Assembly: GCA_949358305.1 (NCBI GenBank)
Contig: OX442314.1
Coordinates: 22,196,001 to 22,260,000 of the forward strand
Length of the DNA: 64,000 bases
Source: Strigamia acuminata
Lineage: Eukaryota
Direction: 5' to 3'
In this document: in pieces, positions 1 through 12,840 of the stretch
Position numbering within the stretch: the stretch's first letter is position 1
How the letters are laid out: each line of letters opens with the position of its first letter
Notes under the pieces: model-generated
The model's database searches: none
Told to the model about the DNA's origin: nothing
Seen by the model: only the letters and a program-made list of their open reading frames with translations
Position numbers and translations under genes: made by a program

Positions 1-82
1 ACAGTTTATTTTGATAGGGTTTTTTTGTTTTTGTTTTTTGTTTTTGTTTTATTTTTTTTAAATTTGTTAATTATTTTGCCAG

Positions 83-3000
83 GATAAAGAAGGTGGGGAT
101 GGAAAAGAAGACTCGAAAAGTGCTGACGAGGAAAGTAATGTTCAGGTAATAATTCAGAAATGTTTGGGTGTGAAGTTTATCGTTCTTTAAGAGTAATGGC
201 CCGTATACAGATGCGTCATGATAACATCTATTAGGGCGGTCTACGGCAACTCGGTTATGCTTTTAACTTAGCGTAAATACTTCGGTGCGGATAAGTGTGT
301 TTGAGGTCCGATGTTTCGTCGACTCGGGCTTCTGTTAATTCAGGAGGGGCAGTTTGCACACACAAAGCGAAACAAGAGTGAAAGAAATGGCATTAACAAG
401 CATTTCGTTGCAAAAATGGCGACAAAATGATGTTGTGTTTGACGTTTAGCGCACCAAAGCGTTTAGGTTAAAATTGAAATGAACGTTTTGGTGCAGGATC
501 GCTTTTATAAAGCTACTCGTGTAATTGGAAGAAGTCGAGGCTAAGTTAGCACTTAAAATTTATTCTCAAGCTAGACACACTCCTTCCTTGTGAGGATGGA
601 TGTTCCCATGGTTAAAAATAACTGTGCAGTAAACAAGCGAGTCACATCTCTTCGGAAATCTGCGAACTGGCTCACTGGCTCGCTGCCATTTTCGGCTGGT
701 GCCCGCCAAACGAGCTAAATTTAATCTTCTCTTCTCAGCCTCCACCCGATGCCATGGCAAGTTGGGCGGGAGAAGGGAGGCTGGTGTGACGTCATCCGGC
801 CACAAACGCCTTGTGCTTGCGATTACTCAAGGTTCCCATTACATGTGCCTCTATTCTGGGTCCCACAGGGTGGAGCAAAGTCGAAAAAGTTTTTGGCTTT
901 TGTTTGCGCCGCACTGTTTTCTGCGCTTTTTCTTTGTTTGTTCTCGTTTGTGCGCTTCCGGTTACTGCCCTTAATGAACCGAGTGGCATTGCACTAATCA
1001 TGTCGTACGGTTATTCTGGATTCAACTATTACGGAAAAAGCCCGTATTCGTCGTACGCGAGTCCAAGTTCGTTGTACGGGTCTTCGTATTCGGCTTATTC
1101 TTCGCCGTCGACCTCGCTATATCCGTCCAGCTATGGGCGAAGGGAATCGTATTCTGGATATGGGTCGGGGAAAGGTGGTTATTCCCCTTACTCGTCGTTA
1201 AATCCGTTGAGTACTTCGGCCTCGACTTCGTACTTCAATGGGTTGGGCAATTCCGGCTCTTCTGGCCGCGGGTTGTCGCAGTCCGCTTCCATGTCCAATG
1301 TGGCGTACGGTTGTGGCGGAGCGAAAAGTCCGAGAAGTTCGAGTCCTATTAGAAATACATCTTCTAGTGTTGTTGTAAGATGGTTGTGCACTTGAAAATA
1401 ATTTTTGTTTTTATTTTTAAATTTTTTGTTTTTTTTTTGTTTATATTTTTGTTGAAGGTTCCGGAACGAACTTATAGGTCACGATTTGGCTCTGCTGGGT
1501 CTTTACCCGATGCGCCGACGAGGCTAGATAATTCTGCTTCCCGATACTCGGATCGGCTAAGTCGAACTTCGTCCGCTAGTAGCACAACAGGATTGGCTAA
1601 TGAGTCGGATGAAAAGGATTATAAAAAGGTGAAAATTATAATGGTTTTTGTTGTTTTATTTATTGTTTTAAATTTGAATTTCAGCTATATGAAGATGAAA
1701 AGTCTGAAAATGAAAGGTTACAAGAGAAATTACGCAAGGCGGAAGTAGAACTTGATGATACCAAACAGCAATTAGATAAAATACAAGTAAAATTGAGTGA
1801 ATTTTGAAAGAATTAGTTATTTATAGTTATTGTTTTTTAGAATCTTAATAGAAATAGCTCAAATGATACCGAGAAAAGGGTAAAATTATAATTTAATTTG
1901 GAATTTTTATTTTTTTTTAACGATTTAAAACCATTTTTTTTTTGTATTTTAGGAGCGAAGAGCTTTAGAAAGGAAGATTTCTGAAATGGAGGAAGAACTA
2001 AAGGTAAAATGTTTATATTTATTTGTAAAAAAAAAAATGTGCATCACAAAAATGCATGAGTTGAGTTTCTTATTGTTGAAATATTCTTTTCCTTGAGTAT
2101 TCTTCCTATGTCTATACATAAACAAAATCAACATTAAGTACAACATGAAAATTGTATTAACTAATGATTTACTAATCAATTTTGAATTGTTTATTGCGTT
2201 TGTAGTAATTTATTTAATATTTAATGGCATGGAAACCATATTTTAACATATTTTTGTGGTGTTTATTAACATGTTATTAGAATTAGAAGTTTTCTTCAAT
2301 TTGACACCATGCGCTGTGACATGCACAAAATTAATCGATTGGAGCCATTCTTTTCGCTATTTGAATTTGTTTGCATTTTCTAATTTAATTGTAGACGATA
2401 TCGTATATTTTTTCGTTAAGTTTTGAGCCTATATCTGACTGTTTGGTCTGGGGTTTCCAATGACCGGGACCTTTGGCTTCGGCCCAATTTTTCCATGAAA
2501 ACTTTCCACCGCCTCTGATCTAAATGAAATTAAGCCTAAACATTGAAACGTAATTTCGTATTTGGTAAAAATAATTGAAAATTAAACTGAAATTTAATTT
2601 TAGTGTTCGTTTGTTCAGGGGTTGTTGGGGGGCTCCCCGGAGTTCAAAGAGTTCACTATTTAAAGGAGTTTTGCTTGTACTCGATGTGGTGGACAGGTGG
2701 GTCAGTGGTTAGGGTGGAGCGTCATTAGTTGCGGGGAAGGTGAATGCATGAATGTGGGTTCGCCTCCCTAAAAGGTAAAAAATTCTCGAAATTTTTACAA
2801 CATTAATTTATCCACGTGCTATAATTTGGTAGGCCATGTTTAATTATAATGGTCGACTACGTGTACGGCACGGAAATTGATTCAATAACAGCATCCGATT
2901 GACGAATTACGTAAAAGTAGTCGCCAAATTGCTCGATATTGATACAGATTTTATTATTTTAAATAATTATTATTGAATCGACCGAATGGGTAGTGCAGAA

Positions 3001-4310
3001 ATAAACAAGGCGCGTGCATGGTGACAGATGTGATTTGGACTAAGCACTTTTGATTTGAATGTGTAACGAGTGATTGTATTTGAAGAATTTTTGTTCTCTA
3101 TATTTAGTTAATTTTTATTGGTAGTTGTAAATGATATTTTTGTCTTTTTACTGTTGTTTGTTAGTGGTTAATTAAGTGGTGTTGACTCTGCACGAGCATG
3201 GGTTAAATTTGAGCATAAATAAATGAAATTAAGATAACATTGCATGGAAATTTAATTTACGTACATGTGGGGGTGATTTTTACGTTGTTGTACATTTTTT
3301 CACTATTTTCCTTTCAGCATATGAATAAATTAAAACAGGAGAATGAAAAATTAAAAGCTGAAAATAGAGCTTTGACTCGTGTGGTGTCCAAACTGACAAA
3401 TAAATAGGTAAAAAAATGAATAAAATATGTAAAAAGTATTTGTTCTATTCGTCAAATTGCGAGTTGTAGGTTTAGGTTTGGTCTGGTCTGGTAGTACAAG
3501 TGGAATTATTCGTTTATTTAGTGCGTGTGTAGCATGTTTCATTTGTAGAATGGCTCAAGGAAAAGATTGAATTTTTTTTTTATTAAAATTTAATTTGAAA
3601 GATTAATTGGAATTGTAATGATTTTTGATTTTTGATTTTTTTTTGGTGTTAAATGGAACATGTGACATACCTTTTTGCACGTTTGTTGTAGTTCTGAATC
3701 TGCTAATAATTAATTTTTTTCACGTTTTAGTTGAAACTATTTTATTGGTTATTTGTAGCACTTTTTTGTTTTTGTTTACAACTAAGGTGTGCACGAGTTG
3801 AATTGAGGTGATTAATTTAAAGAAAATAACTTGTTTTTATAATGTTGCGTTTGGTGCAGTTTGCTTGGGCAGTTAAGGTCAAGTGCACTGAGTTTTCGTA
3901 CCAATTAAAATAAGACGTTTGTGTAACACACGGCCAAAGATAACAATCAACTTTGGACTTGTGACGTCACAGTTCGCAGATGTAAAAACGAGAAAAATAT
4001 AATTTTTTGTAAAATGTATTCCAATTGATGACAAGTTTAACACTCGGTGCACTTGACCTTTATGAGAGAAATTGCGGTTCTAAGTGGTTGTTAGCATCTA
4101 CTTATTATTTCAAACCCTAAATTTTAAAAAATATATTTAATTTGATTTTTTGGTCTACCATTTTTTTTTCTAATTTTTGTAACGAATTTACATTAATTTT
4201 GAATCGTTTCTCATTTCTCGCAGCAATTGGAGCAGCTAAGATCCGATAACCAAAGGCTAAGGGATGAAAATGGAGCTCTCATTCGTGTTATTAGTAAACT
4301 TTCAAAATAG
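83..4310 (+). CDS. PPP1R12A: 3' part of myosin phosphatase targeting subunit (MYPT/Mbs, PPP1R12 family); 5' end lies outside the window; two alternative terminal exons
   Basis: GT-AG exons, all phase 0: 83-145, 1458-1628 (..EKDYKK), 1685-1786 ([16 protein letters not shown]..), 1841-1879, 1953-2003 ([17 protein letters not shown]), then 3318-3407 ([29 protein letters not shown]) or 4224-4310 ([28 protein letters not shown]). These match the MYPT1 C-terminal coiled coil and leucine zipper. Confidence 0.88.
1000..1374 (+). CDS. Probable alternative first coding exon (Ser/Tyr/Gly-rich) of a short MYPT isoform
   Basis: ATG at 1000 opens [19 protein letters not shown]... and ends at donor GTAAGA (1375) in phase 0, in frame with exon 1458. 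GC-richer upstream DNA has TGACGTCA at about 787. Confidence 0.6.
3877..4058. mobile_element. Non-autonomous TIR element (MITE), Kolobok-like ends
   Basis: Terminal inverted repeats ggtcaagtgcactgagt / actcggtgcacttgacc (1 mismatch), flanked by TTAA on the left and TTTA on the right. Confidence 0.6.
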
Positions 4311-5938
4311 ATTTTTTCTTTTGATTTTTTGATTTTTTTTTGTTTAGAAAAATGAATTTCAATTTGCCCTTTTTTTAACAAATGAAACGTTTTGTTTTGT
4401 ACTTGGCATCTTTGTACTTGAAAAAAAAAATATTATTATTATTATTATAAAAAAACAGAAAAAAAAAAGTTACACTTTTCTTTTCTAGCATTTCCAATGT
4501 GTATGTTTTTTAATTATTTTTTTCTTATTTAAATTGCCAAATTGTGACAAAATTTGTGAAAAGTGCCTTTTGCTGATAATTCTGCTGTTAAAACCATCGA
4601 CTGAAGGCAGCTGAGAAACTGCCCGTTGTCTTATAATATTGTATAGATTTAAAAGAAAAAAAGAAAAAAAAAGAATTTTGTACTTACGGCACAGATTTGT
4701 TTTGCTTGTTTGTGCCTATTTATAGAAATATTTTAGGGATACCAAAATGTTTGATGTTGGGATGTTAAATCAGTTACCAGTTTGATGCAATACCTTCGAC
4801 TTATTCTTTCTGTACATAATTTCTCCGCTCGTGTCCTACGAAGTATGTTTTAAATAGAGAAATGTTTGTGTGCAAATGATGATAAAAAAAAGAAGAAAAA
4901 AAATTTTGTCCTCCATTTTTTTTTTTATACGAATCTCTTTTTCTACTTCTAATGTTTGTGTATTTTTAAAAGAAACAAAAAAGATGTTCTTACTAAACAT
5001 TCGGAATCTCCTTGTTGATCGTAGCTTTAGCTGTTTTCACAAACTTGCAGCTGTGATAGATTTGTTGTCGTGACAGGTTTAATTTATCTTGTCTGTTTTT
5101 AAATGTAATTTGCGAAAGTTGGAACCCACCAGACACCACATAATGTTGCTATGAGATAATAATTTGACTGTTAATGGAGTGAAATTGATGTATCATGTTG
5201 ACATTTCTTCAATTTCTTTTTTTTTTTTTGTTTCACAAAATTTAGGATTTTTTTATTTTATAATTTATAAAACTGTACATATCAAAGTTGACTATAGTTT
5301 TTTTTTGTTTCATTTAATATCAAAGTCCTCAGGTTTCTTTTCTGTTTTCGGCGAATTTAGAGGTGAAAATGTTTAGTTTTTGTTTGTTTTAGAACTCCAC
5401 GTGTCAAATTTGTGTGTGCTTTTATTTTTAGTTAAAAAAAAAACACATAAGAAAAAGGAAAATTAAGTTTGAATTGGATGTTTTTTCTGTATTTTTATTA
5501 TACATAATTAGACGTACAAATTGGATGCGTAAATAAAATATTAATTTTCTTCTGGTGTGATTTAAACGAAAGTATGCAAAAAATGAATGTACTTGCGTGT
5601 TTTTGCGCGGTTGAAACAGGAAAATTTTTATTACACACTCCATGAATTACATGAGCAATGCGAGATATTGCATCAATCAATCAATCAATCAATTTTATAT
5701 AAAACTACCCTTGAAATTGTTTGACCTTTAAAATACGTTTGCAAACGTTTTTTATTTAAATTTTTTTACACTTTTTTTTCGTTTAGCATTTTATTTTTTT
5801 CGCATCAGTTTTAAATGATTTTAGTACATGGTCCACCACAACATTGTATAATATATATATATTTCATTTCATTTCTATATAGTATATATATTATAAAAAA
5901 AATCAACGTCCATCTTTCTTTCTTTCTTTCATCTGCAG

Positions 5939-6716
5939 TCAACCCTTTGTATTATTCGTAATTAACGTGGCCTCCATCATGTGATCTTTACCCTTTTTAC
6001 AATTTTAAATACATCTTGAAATTATGATTGAAATGATAATTCATAAACCCATTGTTGAGTGAATCATCCCCATCTCCTTCAGGAGAATCGTCAAGCGTCA
6101 TAGCATCTAACTCGTTCGCCATGGCGTTTGCATCCTCCCACATTTCCATCGATGATGAAAACGAGTCCATGTCTTCCAAAAACGTCTCGTCGTCGATATA
6201 ACAGTCCTCAAACGATGGTTGATAGGGCACGTACATGGACTCCACGGGACATTCTGGAGGAACGTCGTCCAACACGGGTGAACTCGTAAACAACATGTGG
6301 CCTGGGTAACCCCATGGGAAATGGTCCGAATGTCTGCGGATAACCTCGTAATATCGATAATATCGACAGATATCCGACAAACTGCTCACGCGTCGTCTGC
6401 CTGAGCTCTCGGGCCAGTCTGCATCTACTGGACATCCTTCACCTTCCGGAAGTGACTGCGCGATGACGGACTCTTGCGAATTACTATTGACGAATACATT
6501 CTCCAGCTCTTCTTGGAGCCACGGTGGTGTTGGTTCCTCGGATGGGCAGTCTACCAGGGGATTGCTGTGAATGGAAACAATTCTAAACATATTTAATAAA
6601 TGTTCTATTTTCTCGTGTCTTTCAAAAGCTGCTTACGAATCTTCAGTTGCGAACGGTTTTTGCAATTCCAGTTGGTTAAGGGCCGGAAGGCTGCGGGATC
6701 GAAGTTTGGAAGCCAT
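5939..6716 (-). CDS. Acidic protein of unknown function (orphan), 2-3 exons
   Basis: ATG 6716 MASKLRSRSLPALNQLELQKPFATEDS, GTAAGC..TTTAG intron, long exon IVSIHSNPLVDCPSEEPTPPWLQEELE..DDSLNNG, probable short last exon VKDHMMEATLITNNTKG*. No family recognised. Confidence 0.6.
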
Positions 6717-7401
6717 AGATGATGTTGTGAAGATTCTTCTGGGTTTTCGCGTTTAGGTCATCTCTGAAAATTTTTACCCGTCATCTTTCAAGACGGATTG
6801 TGTTCCTGATACTACTTACAATGGAATGTGCCTCGTGGACGTCGGCACTGGCTCGTGATTGTTTGCTTTTGTTTTTACCGCTTCATGCCGCCATGTTGTT
6901 CCTAGAGTTTCCTCTGTTCAGAGTTTACGCTTTCAGACTGCAACTGCACGTGTGATTTCAATTTTCAAATATCGGAAGAAAAAAGATTAATTTTTAGGGA
7001 CATAACTCTTGTAAATGATGACATTTAATAATTTAGAAAATTGAAGAGGAAAATAAAATAAAATGCATCTCGGCGGTAAGTACTTTTTCCGATTATTCTT
7101 TTTATTTGGTTGTTATCAAAAATAATTCTTTATTAAATATGCATAATGGATTTTTAAAAATATTTATTTTCCGCGCTTTTACGTATGAAACCAGGTTTTA
7201 TAACGTTTGCGTGTGCGGCGCCATCTTGGAACCAAATTGAGAACTTGGATTCAGTTCTATGAATATTTGTCGTCTGATTAGGTCAGAAAGTTCGTTGTAT
7301 ACACACTCGTATCGTTCTCAATAAATTTAACAAACAGAAAAACAGATTTTAATGATGCAACTGTATGTTTTTAAAACCAGGTTTTGTAATTGCAGGAGAA
7401 A

Positions 7402-8887
7402 ATGTTTGGTCGTGAGTTTCGTTCGATTTTATCCATGTTCAAACGTCAACAAAACATTTCGCAGCGATTCTGTAAATGTCGGCGAATGAGCAATTACCAA
7501 GGACACGATGACGGTGAACTTCGGAAATGGCAGCTACGAAAACGTCTTTTCTGGACACTTATATTTGGCGGAACCCTGAGTGCTGCGCTTTTGGTCAAAC
7601 GGAAGCGAGCGGAGGAATCTGAAGAGTTTCTCAAACACTACGAAATGTTGCCCGTCGATCCGAATTTCAAAGACGGAGGCAAAAGTTTCCGATACAAAGG
7701 GCACGTTTTCCCAACTGCATTTGGAAAAAATGTTTTCAGAGATCTGGAACACTTCCATCCGCGAGACGACGATGTTTATGTTGTTTCATTTCCGAAAACA
7801 GGTGAAATAATTTGATTATTTTAATCCAATTATTTTGTTTTTAATTTTGTTTTCTAGGCACAACTTGGGTACAAGAAATTGTATACTTAGTTGGAAACAA
7901 TTTGGATTTTGCCACAGCTGAATCAACATCTTTAGAGAAAAGATTTCCATTCTTGGAGTTTATTTATCCGGGAGTTAATAGCATCGAGAAAATGGAGTCG
8001 CCAAGATTTATAAAAACTCACTTGCCTTATGTTTTATTACCCAAAGAAGTGAAAGAAAAAGACTGCAAAGTAACGCACAAATTCCTCATTAAATTTGTAA
8101 CTTTTATTAAATACATTTTTCTAAATATCTGCAGATAATTTATATAACGCGTAATCCGAAGGACGTAGCCGTTTCCTTCTTCCATTTTTTACAAATGTTA
8201 ACTATTACCGATTACCAGGGCTCGTTCAAGGATTTAGTTAACAAATTTGTTAAAGACGAATGTAATTTTATTCTAAACAAAAATATTTTTTATTTTTTTC
8301 TAATACTTAATTCTTTTTTTTATCAGTACCGTACTGTCCTTTTTGGAAACACGTTCTACCATTTTGGGAGCTAAAAGATAAGGATAACATATTATTTTTA
8401 AAATACGAAGACCTTCATCAAGTAATTTACACAAAATTAATCGAACCAAACAAATTGTCTAAATTTATTGATTTTTTTGAACAGGATCTGGCTGGAGTAG
8501 TGCGAAGAATCTCGAAATTTATGGGGAAAACTCTAAGCGAAGATGAAGTGAATCAGATCGTAGAACATTGTAATTTTAAATCAATGCAATCTAATCCGAT
8601 GATCAATTACGATCACTGGGAGGAACTTGGGCTCTGGAAAAAGGGCGAAGCTAAATTTTTACGCAAAGGTAAATGAAATTTTTATTTTTATTTTTGTTAA
8701 TATTCTATAAATTACCTGCACAGTATTCTAACAATTTGAATTGGGTGTAGGTGAAGTGGGTGATTGGCAGAATTATTTTACGCCCGGATTAAACGCGGTT
8801 TTTAATCACTGGATACAAGTAAACACTGCTGAAAGCGGTCTCTACTACGAGTATACGATTGATACATCAAAACCCGATGTTGAGTAA
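7402..8887 (+). CDS. PAPS-dependent sulfotransferase of the cytosolic SULT fold (SULT4A1/SULT1-like) with N-terminal extension
   Basis: Spliced exons give DVYVVSFPKTGTTWVQEIV (5'-PSB loop), SPRFIKTHLPY, IIYITRNPKDVAVSFFHF (3'-PB), LKYEDL and FLRKGEVGDWQNYF; stop at 8885-8887. Confidence 0.9.
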
Positions 8888-9019
8888 ACGGATGGGCGTT
8901 GTAAATAATGTACACATCGAAGTTTGACGTGATATTTCTGTTGCTGAAGTTGTTGTTGTTGTACATATATGTTTATAAAAATTATACAAGTCCTGCAAAT
9001 ATTTATAAAACATTTCTTG

Positions 9020-12000
9020 CTACGACTTGTGTTTGATTAATACAATTATGGCGATTATATGTAGGTAGAAATGAAGTGAAGGAGCTGTAAAAAAAAAAAT
9101 TACGAGTAAATTATTGTTTTTATTTTATTTTATTTTATATTATTTACCTTTAGATGGAATTTGCGTTACGTTTGACTCGATTAAATCCCAACCAATTTTG
9201 TATTTAATGTGTTTGAATCCCACAGTAGATAATCTAGAGATTTTTAAACGTTTTATGTTTTTGTGCGATCGATTTCACTATTTCGCGCTTGTTTTTCTTT
9301 ATATATACCTAAGGGATGTTGCCGGGAATTGCCCAGGAATAGTTATGTTTATTCTTGGGTTTCCGGAACAGAAAATAAAAGTACTGTTAACAGTTGTCAT
9401 GCTTGTGAGTGGTGAAATGGATATGTTGAAAGAGCTGCAGTTACCTGATGTGAGAGAGAGAGAGAAGATGAAAAAATGAATAAAAGTTTTTATTTTTTCT
9501 TTCTCATTCTATTCATTTTACCGTTTTGCAAAGCTGCCAAGTTGAGAGAAATGTGGTTGCTATGGTAACTATGTATGATCCAGGTGCATTTGACGAAGTG
9601 GAAACTGCTTTTTGTGACGGCGGGTGATGGAGGCTCATCCCTGGAGAAGATTATTCCGGGGGATTGGGTGATGTGTTCGTCGCCACATTCTGCGCTCACG
9701 AATCGCGAGAAACGATATTTATTTTGATTGATCATTTTCGACTTTGAGGGATTTGCTTTTTTTTATGTTTATACCGCTTTCATAGAATTCGTACGAAATG
9801 TCGACGTAACTTGCATTGAAATTTCGCGAGGTCAGAGACAAAGGTTCCGTTGATTTGATGGACATAGGGAAGTTTTCCTAGAAAATAAATTTTATAAAAA
9901 TGAATAATTATTTTTCGACGGATTTATTTTTTTTATTTTACCTGGAGTGATCGACAGAAACAAAGCAGTTGTTGTCCTTTTCCTCCGTGGATCAACAAGT
10001 GGCCACTTAAGGCCCAATAATTACACGTGCACGTCAAGTCGTTGCAAGTTGCTTTGCATCTGTTTTCAGTGCTTCTAATAGGGAAAGACGTTATTATATA
10101 AATGAAAAATGTTTTTTTTTTCTTTGTATTCTTTTTCTTTTATTCACATGTGCACTTTATGAATCGTAAGTAAAAGCATTTGGTTGTGTTTAGGAATAAA
10201 CCATAATTGGCAGCTGGAGTTGACATGCATCCGTGAACGTTGAAATGCATAAGTGGTGGACGGAATTGTAAATACGATTTGGCAATCTGAAATTTGAAAT
10301 TAAAAAAAGGAAAAACAAGTATGAATATAATTTTTTTTTTTTAATTTTTTTTTTTTATAATTAATTTAAAAAATATTTGTCGAACACTCGAAGAACGATT
10401 TGGTAAACAGAAAAAGAAAAAAATTAATTTTTGAGTTGATTTTATTTTTAGTTTTGAATAAGAAAAAAAAAAAAAAGAGTTTGTTTCTAATGAATGGGAG
10501 GCAGTTAACGGTGATGGGAGATTCGTGTCGTCCAATCAAAGGGTGCTTGTTGATATTGACTGGTAAAAAGTGATGGTGTTCGATTATGAGTTGAAACACG
10601 TATTTGGCGAGAAATCCAACTTCGAGCTTGGTCATGGAGGGATTTATATCTCATTGCAAGTAAAACAAGCGTAGGGATTATTATAAATACAAACATATAC
10701 TGAATCTTAATTGTTTGCATGGAAAATGATAAATAAAAATTGGAATTTTCAACTTTCTCAATATCTTTAACCATAATTATCGTACAAATATAAGTTTTGA
10801 ATCAATTTTCCTCGATTGCTGTATCGATCTCCACGCACAAATCCAATAACATAAAATTTTGATCAACATTCCGCAGAAGTTTTATTTGTATTAATTACCT
10901 AGAAACATCTATAAGTCCTGCTAACGATATATAAAACGATATATTTCATTCTTAATGTGATAAAAGAGGAAATAATTCCGTGTGCGTGACCAAATTTCTG
11001 TCCTACCACATTTTTCTTTCTTCATTTTAAAAAAATATTTTCTCATCAGAGATGAAATATCCATCCATTAAGTTAAATTTCAATAAAGAATAAACTTAAT
11101 TGGATAAAATAGTTTATTTAATAAGAAGTGAGTGGTGCATGCTTAATTAGTGCTGTGTTTTGGAGCCAATTGGGAATTAGAAGAGGGGGCAATAATTTCA
11201 AGTTTGCTTTGAACATGAGCTGAAGTTTATTAATTTTCTCTCCATTTTTTTATTTTTTAAAAAAAGAGAGGAGAGAAAAAAAAAAGAGAGAAATGTCACA
11301 TTTGGGAGAATAAAAATTTGCTCAGAGTGCATTTGCTTACTAACAACTTAATTACACGGCGCCACGTAATTTGATGGCCCACTACTTTAAAAGATCCGCA
11401 AAGAAGACACTATCAAATAGATGATTGCCATTCTTTCCTCTTGAAAATCCACTCAATATGCAAGTCGAGGCCTTGATTTCCTAAAGGTTTTTCCTTTCCT
11501 CTCTTTTTCGTAGTCGCAATATGAACATTCATTCCATGTGGGGGTTGAGTAAAAAGTAGAGAGAAATATGAGATTTTGGTGAGTACGTAAGTATAGTTTA
11601 ACTCAATTTAAACTTGTACCCAATGAAACATGTTGATCTAATTTTGTTCAACAAATGTCTGTTAGCTGTTAGCGTGTCGACCAAAGTCCATTTGGACTGA
11701 AGGGAATGAAGGGAGAGGACAATCTTGTCGCGAGATGTCATTCTAGGTTACCATAGCAACTGATAAAATGTATATAATGTGCGAATGGAATGGATGGCTG
11801 TAAGCAACTGAATATTTCGCATATTTTACAATGCGTTTTCTAGTTCTGGAACGTGCTCTGGCGTCGAGTTTAAGCTTCTCTCTCCTATGGAATAAATTTT
11901 TGTGCGCCCCAACTTGCAATCTTTTGTTTTTTTGAACAGAATATATTCAGGACCCCTCAAGGGCCCATGGAGGTCTTAAAACGACCCCTGAAATATAAAT

Positions 12001-12840
12001 TAGGTATAATTTTTTAAATGTATCTTCTAAGGGCCCCCAAAATATAGTTTTGTGCACCTCCTGGTGGTGGATTAATTTGGCCGTGTCAACTGCAAGGTAG
12101 TGCGGAATAGCTCTTGAGATGCCAACTTCCATCGTACCGAACTGTACTTGAATTTTTCTTTTATTTATTTTTTTTTATTCTGGTGGGACTGAGATAATTA
12201 AAACAGAATATCAGCTTGTCAGAAACAGATATGTGTTGTGCAGGAAAGCTTAGGCAGGGGGTCAATTTCGATTTGTGGGAAATGGTCAAGCCACAAGTAA
12301 TTTCCTGCGATGGAGGTCATTCTGGCGAAGAAAAGTTTTCTCGGTTTAATTAAAATGATTATCTTAATCTAAGAGGGAGGAAATGGTGGACTTTGCAAAC
12401 CACACCATTAAATCAGACACGTTTAATCTGGGATACTTAACGAGATTTGTTTGCTTGCGCAACTACAAGTTTTATTGAATTGAGTGGGGAAAAGTTTCGA
12501 ATTGAAAATAAACACGAGAAATTTTTTGAAATTTTTTTTTTTTTTTTTAAATATAATAAATATTTGTTTTGACCATGTGACCAATATACAAAATAAACAT
12601 CGTATTGTTTTCTTGTCATTCCAATTTTCATTTCAATCTTATTTTGATGTATTTGTTTACATTGAATTTGTTTTTATAAAAGTTTTGGCGGAAAATCAAA
12701 ATGTTTGGTCTATAATTAGATGAAAGTAAAAAAAAAAATAAAAAAAATAAAAAAAATGAATAAATAAAGATTTTACCTTGTGATTTGCAGATAGTTAAGA
12801 TGAAAAGAAAAACAATTTGATTAAAAGTGATTTTTGGCAT
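9020..12840 (-). CDS. Secreted or GPI-anchored protein with two divergent CUB-like domains
   Basis: Exon 1 is a signal peptide (MPKITFNQIVFLFILTICKSQ). After a ~2.5 kb intron, in-frame exons give NSSCQLWFIPKHNQMLLLTIHKVHI..LLCFCRS, ECGDEHITQSPGIIFS..KCTWIIHSYHSNHISLNL..FIFCSG, and a hydrophobic C-terminus LHFYLHIIAIIVLIKHKS*. An upstream in-frame ATG exists at 12921. Confidence 0.62.

Noticed and set aside
2430..2520. snoRNA/snRNA-like stretch with C(UUCG)G loop and CTGA in the MYPT intron
   Set aside because: No proper box C, terminal stem or Sm site.
10366..10774. Two 89-aa minus-strand ORFs in the long intron of the CUB-like gene
   Set aside because: AT-rich, no motifs, and not needed to complete the gene model.
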